Assembly: GCA_048772705.1 (NCBI GenBank)
Contig: JBLWGC010000206.1
Location: forward strand, 1-43,667
Length of the DNA stretch: 43,667 nucleotides
Direction of reading: 5' to 3'
DNA from: Leidyana gryllorum EB-2025a
Lineage: Eukaryota; Protista; Apicomplexa
In this document: positions 1 through 9,330 of the stretch, piece after piece
Numbering within the stretch: the first letter of the stretch is position 1
Layout: each line of letters opens with the position of its first letter
Position numbers and translations under genes: made by a program
Notes under the pieces: model-generated
Told to the model about the DNA's origin: nothing
The model's database searches: none
Seen by the model: the letters and a program-made list of their open reading frames with translations, nothing else

Positions 1-83
1 GGCTCCCACTCGTACAATCCCGAATGAAGTCCAGACCAGCTGAGACAAAATCTGAGTTGCACCAGTTGTGAGGGCTGGAACTG

Positions 84-155
84 CTCCGAGACCCGGAATC
101 GAACCCGAGTCTTCCGCCTGACAGGCGGAAATACTAACCACTATACTATCTCGGA
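84..155 (-). tRNA. tRNA-Asp(GTC), a few stem mismatches
   Basis: 72-nt cloverleaf, CT-GTC-A loop. Confidence 0.75.
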
Positions 156-249
156 CGCTCCGAACACACCGGCCTGAAACCCCAAAAGTCCTTCCATCTT
201 GAGATTCAAGGGATAGAAAACGCGTGGAGCGGCGAGCCAACAACATCCC

Positions 250-329
250 GGCAAGATGACCGAGTGGTCTGAGGCGCTGTGCTCAGACCGGAGTCCGAAA
301 GGTCGTGGGTTCGAATCCCACTTTTGTCA
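250..329 (+). tRNA. tRNA-Leu(CAG), diverged
   Basis: type II tRNA body, CAG anticodon. Confidence 0.7.
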
Positions 330-365
330 GGTTGCGCCCCAAACGGGAAAAACATAGAGTCCCGT

Positions 366-437
366 TGAGCCCAGAGTGATTCGAACACCCAACCTTCTGA
401 TCTGGAGTCAGACGCGCTACCGTTGCGCCATAGGCTC
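366..437 (-). tRNA. tRNA-Trp(CCA)
   Basis: TCTGA-CTCCAGA-TCAGA anticodon arm, intact T arm. Confidence 0.9.
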
Positions 438-610
438 AAAACCATCCCCCGTTCCAGACTCATTTACCGGCAATCGGGCCCGCTTCTTAGGCGTGACATG
501 CGAAAATAGTAACCACTATGCTATCTCGGACGCTCTGAACACGCCACGGACATTCCATTCGTTCAGAAAACGGCCGTTACCGTGTACGAGCTTCAACAAC
601 AAGGTGTCAC

Positions 611-681
611 GCATCTGTGGTCTAGTGGTAGAATGTCTCGTTGCCATCGAGACGACCCGGGTTCGATTCCCGGCAGATGCA
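611..681 (+). tRNA. tRNA-Gly(GCC)
   Basis: GCATCTG/CAGATGC acceptor, TT-GCC-AT loop. Confidence 0.93.
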
Positions 682-756
682 GAGGACACACGGTTGCGTT
701 TCCACCATTCAGAAATTCATGCGTGAGTTGGTGTTAAACCCTCCAACCACATCGCA

Positions 757-838
757 CGACAACTGCTAGATTTGAACCAGCGCGGGCCCGGCCCAGTAGA
801 TTTCTAGTCTACCCCCTTAACCACTCGGGCAAGTTGCC
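757..838 (-). tRNA. tRNA-Ser(AGA)
   Basis: 82-nt type II, GTAGA-CTAGAAA-TCTAC arm, G73. Confidence 0.88.
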
Positions 839-1050
839 GCTGTCGAACTTGGCATTTTGCGGCCAGTGGCTTCACATACGGTTCAGCAAGCTTTGGGCTG
901 GGAATCGATCCCAGAACCTTCCGTATACTAAGCACCGTTTCATCATCTGGGCTTGCCTCCCTCTGTGCCTACCTCATGGCATTGAGTGAGACTTCACATA
1001 GTGAGACGAGTCTCTCGACTGTACCCAGCGGGTTGAACCACCGACTAGGC

Positions 1051-1122
1051 GGCTGTTTGGTCTGGTGGTATGATCCTTCCTTAGGGTGGAAAGAGTCCTG
1101 GGTTCGATTCCCAGAACAGCCC
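1051..1122 (+). tRNA. tRNA-Pro(AGG)
   Basis: 72-nt cloverleaf, TT-AGG-GT loop. Confidence 0.85.
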
Positions 1123-1223
1123 GTCTGATAGTTGTTGACGCAACACGGCACTCGACCCATCCCCGACAGCTAAGACGGGATCTGAGTTGTTGACTCCACA
1201 GGCTGCAACCCGGCCATTCGCCC

Positions 1224-1296
1224 AGACGCTACTGGGACTCGAACCCAGAATCTCCGGTTCCGTAGACCGATGCCATATCCATTAGGCCCTAGCGCC
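1224..1296 (-). tRNA. tRNA-Arg(ACG)
   Basis: CT-ACG-GA loop, intact T arm. Confidence 0.82.
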
Positions 1297-1527
1297 GACT
1301 AGCGGAGCCGTCAAATGGAAGTGTGTAGCGATCAAGACAGGGCATGGGCAGCGACGCCCGATGGTGGGTCTGGACAGACTTCACCCACATCTCCCATTCA
1401 AAACATCGGGGACATACTATCCAAGGCAGGATTCGGGCCTGGGTACACAGCCACAACTTGCTGAGGCTGGTGGGTACCAAAGCCACTTTAGTTGTCAGGC
1501 TATCGGGTTTTGTGTCGTTGCTTTCTT

Positions 1528-1600
1528 GCCGCCCTGGCTCAGTCGGTAGAGCGCAAGACTCTTAATCTTGCAGTCGCGGGTTCAAGCCCCGCGGGCGGTG
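1528..1600 (+). tRNA. tRNA-Lys(CTT)
   Basis: CAAGA-CTCTTAA-TCTTG arm. Confidence 0.88.
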
Positions 1601-1634
1601 TGGATCTGTTGCCTGCAAGCACACTCAGCTGGAT

Positions 1635-1707
1635 TTCCACTGCCGGGACTTGAACCCGGATCGTGCGGGTGAGAGCCGCATATCCTAACCACTTAGACTA
1701 CAGTGGA
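1635..1707 (-). tRNA. tRNA-Glu(CTC)
   Basis: TCCACTG/CAGTGGA acceptor, CT-CTC-AC loop. Confidence 0.92.
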
Positions 1708-1825
1708 CAACTCCCTCAGCTGCAGCTTTAGCCGAGAGCCGTACCCTCTTGACAAGACGTGATTGCAGAATCCTGCGATAGAATAAGGGGGGATCTCTAT
1801 ACTAACCTCTGAAACATTGTAGCTG

Positions 1826-1898
1826 GGTCTTGTAGCTCAGTCGGCAGAGCGTGTGGCTGTTAACCACAAAGTCGCAGGTTCGAAACCTGCCAGGACCG
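1826..1898 (+). tRNA. tRNA-Asn(GTT)
   Basis: TGTGG-CTGTTAA-CCACA arm. Confidence 0.92.
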
Positions 1899-2019
1899 GT
1901 TTGAGAGGCACTCTCCAAGGGAAGGAAAATCATATCACGAGCACTCCAACTCGACATGCGCGGCAGTGGCTCCCCATACAGCTAGCAAGCTTGCGGAACG
2001 TCTTTCGCGTGAGAGGCTA

Positions 2020-2092
2020 TGATGCGGATGGGACTCGAACCCACAACTCCCGGTTCCGAAGACCGATGCCCTATCCATTAGGCCACCGCACC
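2020..2092 (-). tRNA. tRNA-Arg(TCG)
   Basis: 73-nt cloverleaf, CT-TCG-GA loop. Confidence 0.92.
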
Positions 2093-2307
2093 ATAGACAA
2101 GCTTCGGTCATCTCGATACTAGTTGGGTGTAAGAGGAGACACCTTGGGGCAGCTCGGTGGATGGGTTGCGAATGCGGTTGTGCTCCTAAGGCGAAGGTTG
2201 AGGATTCGGGTCCCTCCAGCCGTTTCCTGCGTGGCTTCGTTTGTGCAAAGTGGAGAGACTGGTCATACCATGTAAAAAAGAACTGGATGTACTGGGGTTT
2301 GCTCAAT

Positions 2308-2380
2308 GGGCGACTAGCTCAAATGGTAGAGCGCTCGCTTAGCATGCGAGAGGTAATGGGATCGATGCCCAGGTCGGCCA
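2308..2380 (+). tRNA. tRNA-Ala(AGC), minor mismatches
   Basis: CTCGC-TTAGCAT-GCGAG arm. Confidence 0.75.
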
Positions 2381-2495
2381 AAGTACGCTACGGCTGTACG
2401 TGGCGGGAGCCAAACCCAACCTTACATCTTTGAAGGGTCGCAGACCACAAGTGCCATGGGAGAGCAGCGCAGTCAGTGTCGGGTGCCTCTAAAAC

Positions 2496-2568
2496 CGGTC
2501 CTGGCAGGTTTCGAATCGGCGGGTTTGTGGTTAACAGCCACACCCTCTGCCGACCGAGCTACAAGACC
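2496..2568 (-). pseudogene. tRNA-Asn(GTT), degenerate
   Basis: T-stem substitutions versus the 1826 copy. Confidence 0.7.
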
Positions 2569-2699
2569 CAGCGACAATGTTTCAGAGGCCAGTATGGAGA
2601 CCCTCCGCTTTCTTCTGCAACCCCTTTATTGTAGATTCACCAGACCACGTCTTGTCAAGAGGGTACAGCTCTTGGCTAAAGCTGCAGCTGAGGGAGTTG

Positions 2700-2772
2700 T
2701 CCACTGTAGTCTAAGTGGCTAGGATATGCGGCTCTCACCCGCATGATCCGGGTTCAAGTCCCGGCAGTGGAA
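2700..2772 (+). tRNA. tRNA-Glu(CTC)
   Basis: matches Glu consensus of the window. Confidence 0.9.
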
Positions 2773-2832
2773 ATCCAGCTGAGTGTGCTTGTAGGCAACA
2801 GTTCCATTCTTACTTCCAGGGAAATAGATCCA

Positions 2833-2905
2833 CACCGCCCGCGGGGCTCGAACCCGCGACTGCAAGATTAAGAGTCTTGCGCTCTACCGACTGAGCTAGG
2901 GCGGC
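2833..2905 (-). tRNA. tRNA-Lys(CTT)
   Basis: intact cloverleaf. Confidence 0.92.
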
Positions 2906-2964
2906 AGGAAACCAAGGACACAAAACTCGATAGCCTGACATCTAAAGTGGCTTGGTACCCGATT

Positions 2965-3035
2965 GTCCGGGTTGTCTAGTGCTTACAACAGCAAGTTGTG
3001 GCCGTGCATACCCAGCCCGAATCCTGGCTTCGATA
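2965..3035 (+). pseudogene. tRNA-His(GTG) pseudogene
   Basis: TT-GTG-GC loop, damaged D and T arms. Confidence 0.7.
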
Positions 3036-3150
3036 GTATGTCCCCGATGTCTCGAATGGGAGATGTAGGTGAAGTTTGTCCGAACCCAGGATCGGGCGTA
3101 GCTGCCCTCCTCTCTTCGCTACACACTTCCATTTGACGACTCTGTTAGTC

Positions 3151-3223
3151 GGCGACATGGCCTAATGGATATGGCATCGGTCTACGGAACCGGGGATTCT
3201 GGGGTCGAGTCACGGTAGCGCCT
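3151..3223 (+). pseudogene. tRNA-Arg(ACG), degenerate
   Basis: acceptor and T-arm mismatches. Confidence 0.7.
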
Positions 3224-3322
3224 GGGGGAATGACCGGGTTGCAGCCTGTTGAGTTAACAACTCAGATCCTGTCTTATGTCCGGGATGGGTCGAGTGCCGT
3301 GTTGCGTCAACAACTATCAGAC

Positions 3323-3394
3323 GGGCTGTTCTGGGAATCGAACCCAGGACTTCTTCCACCCGAAGGAAGAATCATACGACTAGACCAAACAGCC
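3323..3394 (-). tRNA. tRNA-Pro(CGG)
   Basis: TT-CGG-GT loop. Confidence 0.85.
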
Positions 3395-3886
3395 CGCTGT
3401 GGGTGCCTCAGGTACTGGCAGGTTGAAAACCTGCGCGTTCGTGGCTAAGAGACTTACCGCTTGCAGGGCTAGTGCGCGCCTCAGGTATTGGCAGGTTCCA
3501 ATCTGCGACTTTGTGGCTAAGAGACTTACCCTCTGGTGGCTGAACTACGAGGCTGGGCTAAGATGATTGGAGCTTGAGAGACTTGAGCTTTGCAGGGTGC
3601 CCAGTCGATGCAGTCAAGCCTTTCGCTTACTGAGCGAATGCTCTGCCCCTAAGCTAAGAAGGCAATCCAAGCCGAAGATCACGAATCAGACACTATTGAC
3701 GGAGATTGCTGGGCACTTTGCTCAAGTATTCCACTGACTTCAACCACTGACTTCCACTGCCGGACTTGAGCGCGGAGCTTGCGGGTGAGGCCGCATATCC
3801 TAGCCACTCAGACTACAGTGCACAACATTCCACAGCGAAGGCAGCTAGTCAGCCAAATCATCGAAGTAAAGTGCTGAGCATTTGGT

Positions 3887-3959
3887 TACCTACGGCGAGA
3901 CTCGAACTCGCAACCTTTGGATTAGAAGTCCAACGCGCTATCCATTGCGCCACGTAGGC
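3887..3959 (-). tRNA. tRNA-Arg(TCT), intronless, single copy
   Basis: GCCTACG/CGTAGGT acceptor, TTGGA-CTTCTAA-TCCAA arm. Confidence 0.93.
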
Positions 3960-4048
3960 GGCGGCTTTTCGACTATATTGAAATAACAACATTCACGTTT
4001 TTGGACCACGCGCCAGCCGTTTCTCTGCAGCTAAAGTTGCATGGAGTT

Positions 4049-4121
4049 TGGACGACCTGGGTATCTATCCCCGTACCTCTCGCATGCAAAGCGAGCGCTC
4101 CACCATCTGAGCTAGCCGCCC
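4049..4121 (-). tRNA. tRNA-Ala(TGC), diverged
   Basis: TT-TGC-AT loop, G3:T70. Confidence 0.72.
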
Positions 4122-4279
4122 ATGCGTACAACATGGAAGGCCTATTGCATCCAGTGGCTGACCGAATGCCGATACAATGGCTGACAGTGTTGTTGGTTCG
4201 TCGCTCCACGCGGTTTTTGTCCGTGGAATCTCGAAGCTGGTAAGACGTCTGAGGCTGAAGGCCGGCGTGTTTGCGAGCG

Positions 4280-4351
4280 TCCGAGATAGTATAGTGGTTA
4301 GTATTTCCTCCTGTCACGCGGAAGACCCGGGTTCGATCCCCGGTCTCGGAG
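4280..4351 (+). tRNA. tRNA-Asp(GTC)
   Basis: 72-nt cloverleaf, one anticodon-stem mismatch. Confidence 0.82.
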
Positions 4352-4406
4352 CACACTTGGTTTCGCTTAAGATTCTCTCCTTTGGTTCCCTCTGAAGGTT
4401 GCGAGC

Positions 4407-4479
4407 TACAGCCACCGAGGATCGAACTCGGGACCTTCTGCGTGTGAAGCAGACGTCGTGACCACTAGACCATGGCTGC
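4407..4479 (-). tRNA. tRNA-Val(CAC)
   Basis: TCTGC-TTCACAC-GCAGA arm. Confidence 0.9.
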
Positions 4480-4542
4480 AGCCAAGCTCCCGCAGCCCAA
4501 GAGAAGTGGCGAAGTTTCAGGGAGTAGTGAGGACCAGTTCCA

Positions 4543-4614
4543 AGGTCGCGCCGGGAATCGAACACAGGTCGGGAGATTCAGAGTCTCCAGTGCTAACCAC
4601 TACACCACGCAACC
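4543..4614 (-). tRNA. tRNA-Gln(CTG)
   Basis: GGAGA-CTCTGAA-TCTCC arm. Confidence 0.85.
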
Positions 4615-4818
4615 GGTTCAGCCCACCCAAAAGAGTCGGTAGAATCATCCGGACTAGCGCTTCCTCAACTGGACACACGCAACACGGGTCTCTCTACTGA
4701 CCTCTGGGAATATTTTAGGTGGCTCATGTATATAGCGCCCAGCGTAGAGCGTTGGATTTGAGTCGGACAGAATGCTCACTTCAATCATTGAAGCAATTGC
4801 GCTCTTCGCGAATGCTAC

Positions 4819-4900
4819 CGTCAAGGGTGAGTTTCGAACTCACGCGGGTGACACCCAACGGCTTAGCAGGCCGCCGCCTTAACCACTCGGCCACCTTGCC
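4819..4900 (-). tRNA. tRNA-Ser(GCT)
   Basis: type II, CT-GCT-AA loop. Confidence 0.82.
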
Positions 4901-5236
4901 AAGAGTGTAATTGATCATACCTTTCTCCGGGAATCCCGTGCAAACTGTTAGTGATGTGGGTATAGCCCCTTCTAAATGTCAGTATTTGGCTCTGGAATGA
5001 CTGTTTGGCGGGGTGGAGGAAGGCCAATCGTGGTGGTTTTGCGGAGCACATCAGTCGGCTAGTTGGTCCAGTGAGTGTTTACCTCAACTCTGCCTATTTT
5101 CGGTCACTTAAAGGGTGAGCCTGATAAGTTCCAAGTTCGCGGTCAAGCGCCGGCCCAACTGGGCGGGTGTGTTGTTGATGGAGCATCCCTCTGCACCCTT
5201 TTGACAGGAAGAGATGCATCGAGAGAAGTTTCACGA

Positions 5237-5309
5237 GGGAGTGTAGCGCAGTCGGTAGCGCCTAGGTCTCATAATCCTGAAGTCGAGAGTTCAATCCTCC
5301 CCACTCCCA
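5237..5309 (+). tRNA. tRNA-Met(CAT), elongator, intronless
   Basis: CT-CAT-AA loop, T31/T39, standard T loop. Confidence 0.82.
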
Positions 5310-5455
5310 CGGTCGGCATCGGAAGCGCCGACTAACTCGTATGGGGCGCCACCTGAGAAGAGTGGACTCCAGCTGTCCGCTAGTGTCTGAGATGTTTGAG
5401 TCCAGCTGAGGTGGGATCCAGCATCCGGGTCGGTGCCATCTGTCGTGGCAGAAGT

Positions 5456-5529
5456 GGTCGCGTAGCTCAGTCGGTTAGAGCGTGAGCCTAATAAGCTCAA
5501 GGTCCCCGGTTCGAGCCCGGGAGTGACCA
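5456..5529 (+). tRNA. tRNA-Ile(AAT)
   Basis: TGAGC-CTAATAA-GCTCA arm. Confidence 0.88.
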
Positions 5530-5880
5530 AGTGAGTGGATCTTCGATAAAGAGTCGCCCTGGACTCCAGCAACCCCCAACATTCTGCGACCAATACGAAA
5601 GGTACGTGTTATAAAGTCCTCACTTCCCTGCCGCGCCAGCTCCGTCGGTAGAGCGCCAGACTTTCAATGGAGAGACCGCGGGTTCGGGCAGCGCCAGCAG
5701 TCCGAGTCAAGCTTGCTGAACCGTATGTGAAGCCACTGGCCGCTAAATGCCGAGTTCGACAGGTGGCAACTAGCCCGAGTGTTCAAGGGGGTAGACTAGA
5801 AATCTACTGGGCCTGGCCAACGAGGTGGCTGTGTTGGTTCTGGGGACAACTTGTCCCGTCGGATCCACTGACGACCAATA

Positions 5881-5952
5881 GGGCTGTTCTGGGAATCGAA
5901 CCCAGAACTTCGTCCACCCGAAGGAAGAATCATACCACTAGACCAAACAGCC
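5881..5952 (-). tRNA. tRNA-Pro(CGG)
   Basis: Pro body, CGG anticodon. Confidence 0.78.
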
Positions 5953-6177
5953 GCTAGCCGGTGGTTCAACCAGCTGGGCAAAGTCGAAAGACTCGTCTCA
6001 CTACGTGAAGTATCACTCAATGCCACGAGGTAGGCTAACCCAGATGACGAAACGGTGGCCTACTATACGAAAGGTACTGGGATCGATTCCCAGCCCATCC
6101 GAGTTACATCGATGGAATGTTCGCCGGAGTAGTCTACTTGGCCTATCAACGCTGTCTGCCGAAACCACATCGCTACT

Positions 6178-6257
6178 TCCGGTGGGACGGAATCGAACCG
6201 CCGACTATCTGATGCCAGCACTACAGTCAGATGCTCTACCAACTGAGCTACCCCCGG
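6178..6257 (-). tRNA. tRNA-Tyr(GTA) with 7-nt intron
   Basis: TCTGA-CTGTAG-[TGCTGGC]-A-TCAGA; C1:G72, A73. Confidence 0.88.
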
Positions 6258-6620
6258 CCGTCCAACTGCTCCGGGGTTCGAAAGGCTCAACCCCAGATCC
6301 TCGCCCTGTCGCACTGCGGTCTGAGCACAGCGCCGTAGACAAATCCACCATCTTGCCGGGATGTTGTTGGCTCGCCGCTCCACGCGTTTTCTGTGCTTGG
6401 AATCTCATAATGGAAGAACTTTTGGGGTTGGAGGCCGGTGTGTTCAGAGCATTTGAGATAGTATAGTGGTTAGTATTTCCGCCTGTCACTCGGAAGACCC
6501 GGGATTGTACGAGTGGGAGCCGCGTATAGTAGCCGACCTTGGAGAGACGTGGCATTGAACCCAGGACTTCTTCCAGCCGAAGAAAGAATCATGTAACTAG
6601 ACCAAACAGCCCCCTGTGGG

Positions 6621-6692
6621 TGCCTCAGCCGGGAATCGAGCCTGGCTTCGCACGGCCACAACTTGCTGTCCCAACCACTAGACGACTCGGAC
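6621..6692 (-). pseudogene. tRNA-His(GTG), degenerate
   Basis: GTG loop, acceptor mismatches. Confidence 0.72.
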
Positions 6693-7045
6693 AATCTGCA
6701 AGTAGCTATCAAGGCAGTGGGGCATCAATCAGGATGAAATGTAACAGGAGCGTTAGATGCTCTCTAAATGAGCTACTCCAGGCCGTCCAACTTCTGTGAG
6801 GCTCATCGGATACGTGTTTCGAAAGACATACGCCCCGTTCACGGCCCGGAAGCTCCGTACAGCCATGGTCTACTGCTTACGACGTCTGCTTCGCACGCAG
6901 GAAAGAAAATCCCGAGTTCTATCCTGACAAGGATGGGATTTGAATCCACGCCCATTCGGCGCTGCGCCGTCACATATGTCCCTGCGAGTGCTACAGCTGT
7001 CCGCCAGTGTCTGATTGGCACTAAATCATGTATGTCTATGTCCTC

Positions 7046-7116
7046 TGCATCTAGCGGGAATCGAACCCGGGTCGTCTCGATGGCAACGAGACATTCTACC
7101 ACTAGACCACAGATGC
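7046..7116 (-). tRNA. tRNA-Gly(GCC)
   Basis: Gly consensus with 2 changes. Confidence 0.8.
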
Positions 7117-7171
7117 GTGACACCTCCATTCCTGACCACAAAGTAATGAGTCTGGAGCGGGGGATGGTTTT

Positions 7172-7241
7172 GGGCCTATGGCCAACGTACCGCGTCTGGC
7201 TCCAGATCAGAAGGTTGGGTTTTCGAATCACTGTGGGCTCA
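7172..7241 (+). pseudogene. tRNA-Trp(CCA), D-arm deletions
   Basis: CCA loop retained, 2 nt short. Confidence 0.75.
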
Positions 7242-7279
7242 ATCAGACTCTTTTGTTTTTTCCCGTGTGAGGCTCAACC

Positions 7280-7360
7280 TGAAAAGAGTGGGATTTGGAC
7301 CCACGCCCTTTCGAACTGCGACTTGAATACAGCGCCTTAGACCCCTCAGCCATCTTATCA
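7280..7360 (-). pseudogene. tRNA-Leu(CAA) pseudogene
   Basis: Leu body with CAA loop, T-loop damaged. Confidence 0.6.
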
Positions 7361-7561
7361 GCTCGGTTCCTGTCCCGCTACTCCAAGCGTTCCCTGTCTG
7401 TTGAAGCTAGAGAATGGAAAAGCTGGGCTCTGAGCTTGGGGCGTGCCTCCGACATGGTATCAAAGTTATATTTCCGCCTGCCACGCCAGCGATCGGGTGG
7501 GTACCAGCTCTGAACGCATTCATTTCCAATCCCAATGGCTTCATACACTCTTTTAATTCTT

Positions 7562-7627
7562 GGTCGTGAATGGTTAGCACTGGAGGCTTTGAATCTCCCG
7601 AGCTGGGTTCGATTCCCGGCGCGACCT
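7562..7627 (+). pseudogene. tRNA-Gln(TTG), 5' damaged
   Basis: CT-TTG-AA loop, intact 3' half. Confidence 0.65.
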
Positions 7628-7687
7628 CACAACTAGTTCTACTTTTTGAAACTTCGCAACTTCTCTTGGTTTCCGCAAAGCTTTCGT

Positions 7688-7760
7688 GCAGTCATGGTCT
7701 AGTAGTTACGACGTCTGCTTAACACGCAGAAGGTCCCGAGTTCGATCCCAGGTGGCTGTA
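7688..7760 (+). tRNA. tRNA-Val(AAC), diverged
   Basis: TT-AAC-AC loop. Confidence 0.72.
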
Positions 7761-7912
7761 GCTCGAATCTTTGAAGTGAGTCCCACCAAAGCGAGGAAAC
7801 AGGCTCTCTCCAATACAGGGCATCGAACCCGCGTCTTCCGCGTCTTAAACCCTAAAAGTCTTCCTTCTCGAGAACTTCACGGACAGAAAACCTGTAAAGT
7901 GGCGAACGCTCC

Positions 7913-7992
7913 GGCAAGATGGCCGAGTGGTCTAAGGCGCTGTGTTCAGGCCGCAGTCCGAAAAGGCGTGGGTTCGAATCCCACTCTTGTCA
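7913..7992 (+). tRNA. tRNA-Leu(CAG)
   Basis: CTGTG-TTCAGGC-CGCAG arm, variable arm. Confidence 0.9.
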
Positions 7993-8062
7993 GCCGTTGT
8001 ATTGTATTGGCACTCAGTCCCCTCACTTCACTGATGTACAGGTCGTTCGACCTACATACAGC

Positions 8063-8133
8063 TGCACCTGCCGGGACTCGAACTCGAGTTACGACCTTGG
8101 AAGGGTCGCATCTTACCCTTAGACCACAAGTGC
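8063..8133 (-). tRNA. tRNA-Gly(TCC)
   Basis: CGACC-CTTCCAA-GGTCG arm. Confidence 0.82.
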
Positions 8134-8336
8134 AATTGCGAAAGATCTGCAGCACCCCGAGAGACTCGGGCAATTTCTACTTCCAGCTGTCTGCAACCCA
8201 CGGGGAATGGAGCACTCCCACAAGCGAAGGAAAATCATATCACTAGCACTTCAGTTCGACATCCGCGGCAGTGGCTCCCCATACAGCTAGCAAGCTTGCC
8301 TCGGTCGAAACTGAACGTCTTCCGAGTGAGAGGCTA

Positions 8337-8409
8337 TGATGCGGATGGGACTCGAACCCACAACTCCCGGTTCCGAAGACCGATGCCCTATCCATTAGGC
8401 CACCGCACC
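8337..8409 (-). tRNA. tRNA-Arg(TCG)
   Basis: same as 2020 copy. Confidence 0.92.
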
Positions 8410-8509
8410 ATGGATAGGCTTCGGTTATCTGGATACTGGTTGGGTGAAAGAGGAGACACCTCAGGGCAGCCCGCTTTCGTCCAACTCAAAAGTCGGATGC
8501 GTCCCGAAT

Positions 8510-8582
8510 GCGGTTGTGGCGCAATGGATAGCGCGTTGCCCTCCTAAGGCAAAGGTTGAGGGTTCGAGTCCCTCCAGCCGTT
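8510..8582 (+). tRNA. tRNA-Arg(CCT)
   Basis: TTGCC-CTCCTAA-GGCAA arm. Confidence 0.92.
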
Positions 8583-8697
8583 TCCTGCGTGCCTTCGTTT
8601 GTGCAAAGTGGAGCACAAACTGGTGAAAGTGATCGATGCAGTTGGGAGATTGGTCATACCATGTAAAAAGAACTGGATGTACTGGGGTTTGCAGAAT

Positions 8698-8770
8698 GGG
8701 CGACCAGCTCAAATGGTAGAGCGCTCGCTTAGCATGCGAGTGGTACTGGGATCGATGCCCAGGTCGTCCA
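8698..8770 (+). tRNA. tRNA-Ala(AGC)
   Basis: G3:T70, AGC loop. Confidence 0.82.
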
Positions 8771-8885
8771 AAGTACGTACGGCTGCACGTGGCGGGATCC
8801 AAACCACCTTACATCTTTGAAGGGTCGCAGACCACAAGTGCCATTGGGAGAGCAGCGCAGTCAATGTTTAGGGTGCCTCTGAAAG

Positions 8886-8958
8886 CGGTCCTGGCAGGTT
8901 TCGAACCTGCGACTTTGTGGTTAACAGCCACACGCTCTGCCGACTGAGCTACAAGACC
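8886..8958 (-). tRNA. tRNA-Asn(GTT)
   Basis: intact cloverleaf. Confidence 0.92.
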
Positions 8959-9103
8959 CAGCTACAATGTTTCAGAGGATAATATAGAGACCCTCCTCTT
9001 TCTAGCGCAGGATTCTGCAATCCCTTGGTTGTAGGTTGACCCGACAGACCAGGTCTTATTAAGAGGGTACGGCTCTCGGCTCAAGCTGCAGCTGAGTGAG
9101 TCG

Positions 9104-9176
9104 TCCACTGTAGTCTAAGTAGCTAGGATATGCGGCTCTCACCCGCACGATCCGGATTCAAGTCCCGACAGTGGAA
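9104..9176 (+). tRNA. tRNA-Glu(CTC), diverged
   Basis: three G>A changes from consensus. Confidence 0.72.
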
Positions 9177-9330
9177 GTCATTCAACTACTCGAGCAAAGT
9201 GCTCCACTAATCTCCGTCGATAGCGATTTTTCGTTATACCCGGCTTACATCGCCTTCTTAGCTTGGGGGCAGAGCCTTCGCTTCATAAGCGAGAATTCGC
9301 CGGTATGATTCCGGCAGAAGGCTTTGATGC

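Noticed and set aside
2424-2454. CTTCAAA (TCA anticodon) fragments as tRNA-Sec or opal suppressor; also near 8815, 21675, 27470 and 29505
   Set aside because: They align to tRNA-Gly(TCC) with a D-arm deletion and a C>A change, and lack a full cloverleaf
5630-5700. GACTTTCAATGG loop as a suppressor tRNA
   Set aside because: In register with the Lys body it reads TTC or TTT, and the stems are broken, so it is a fossil Lys gene
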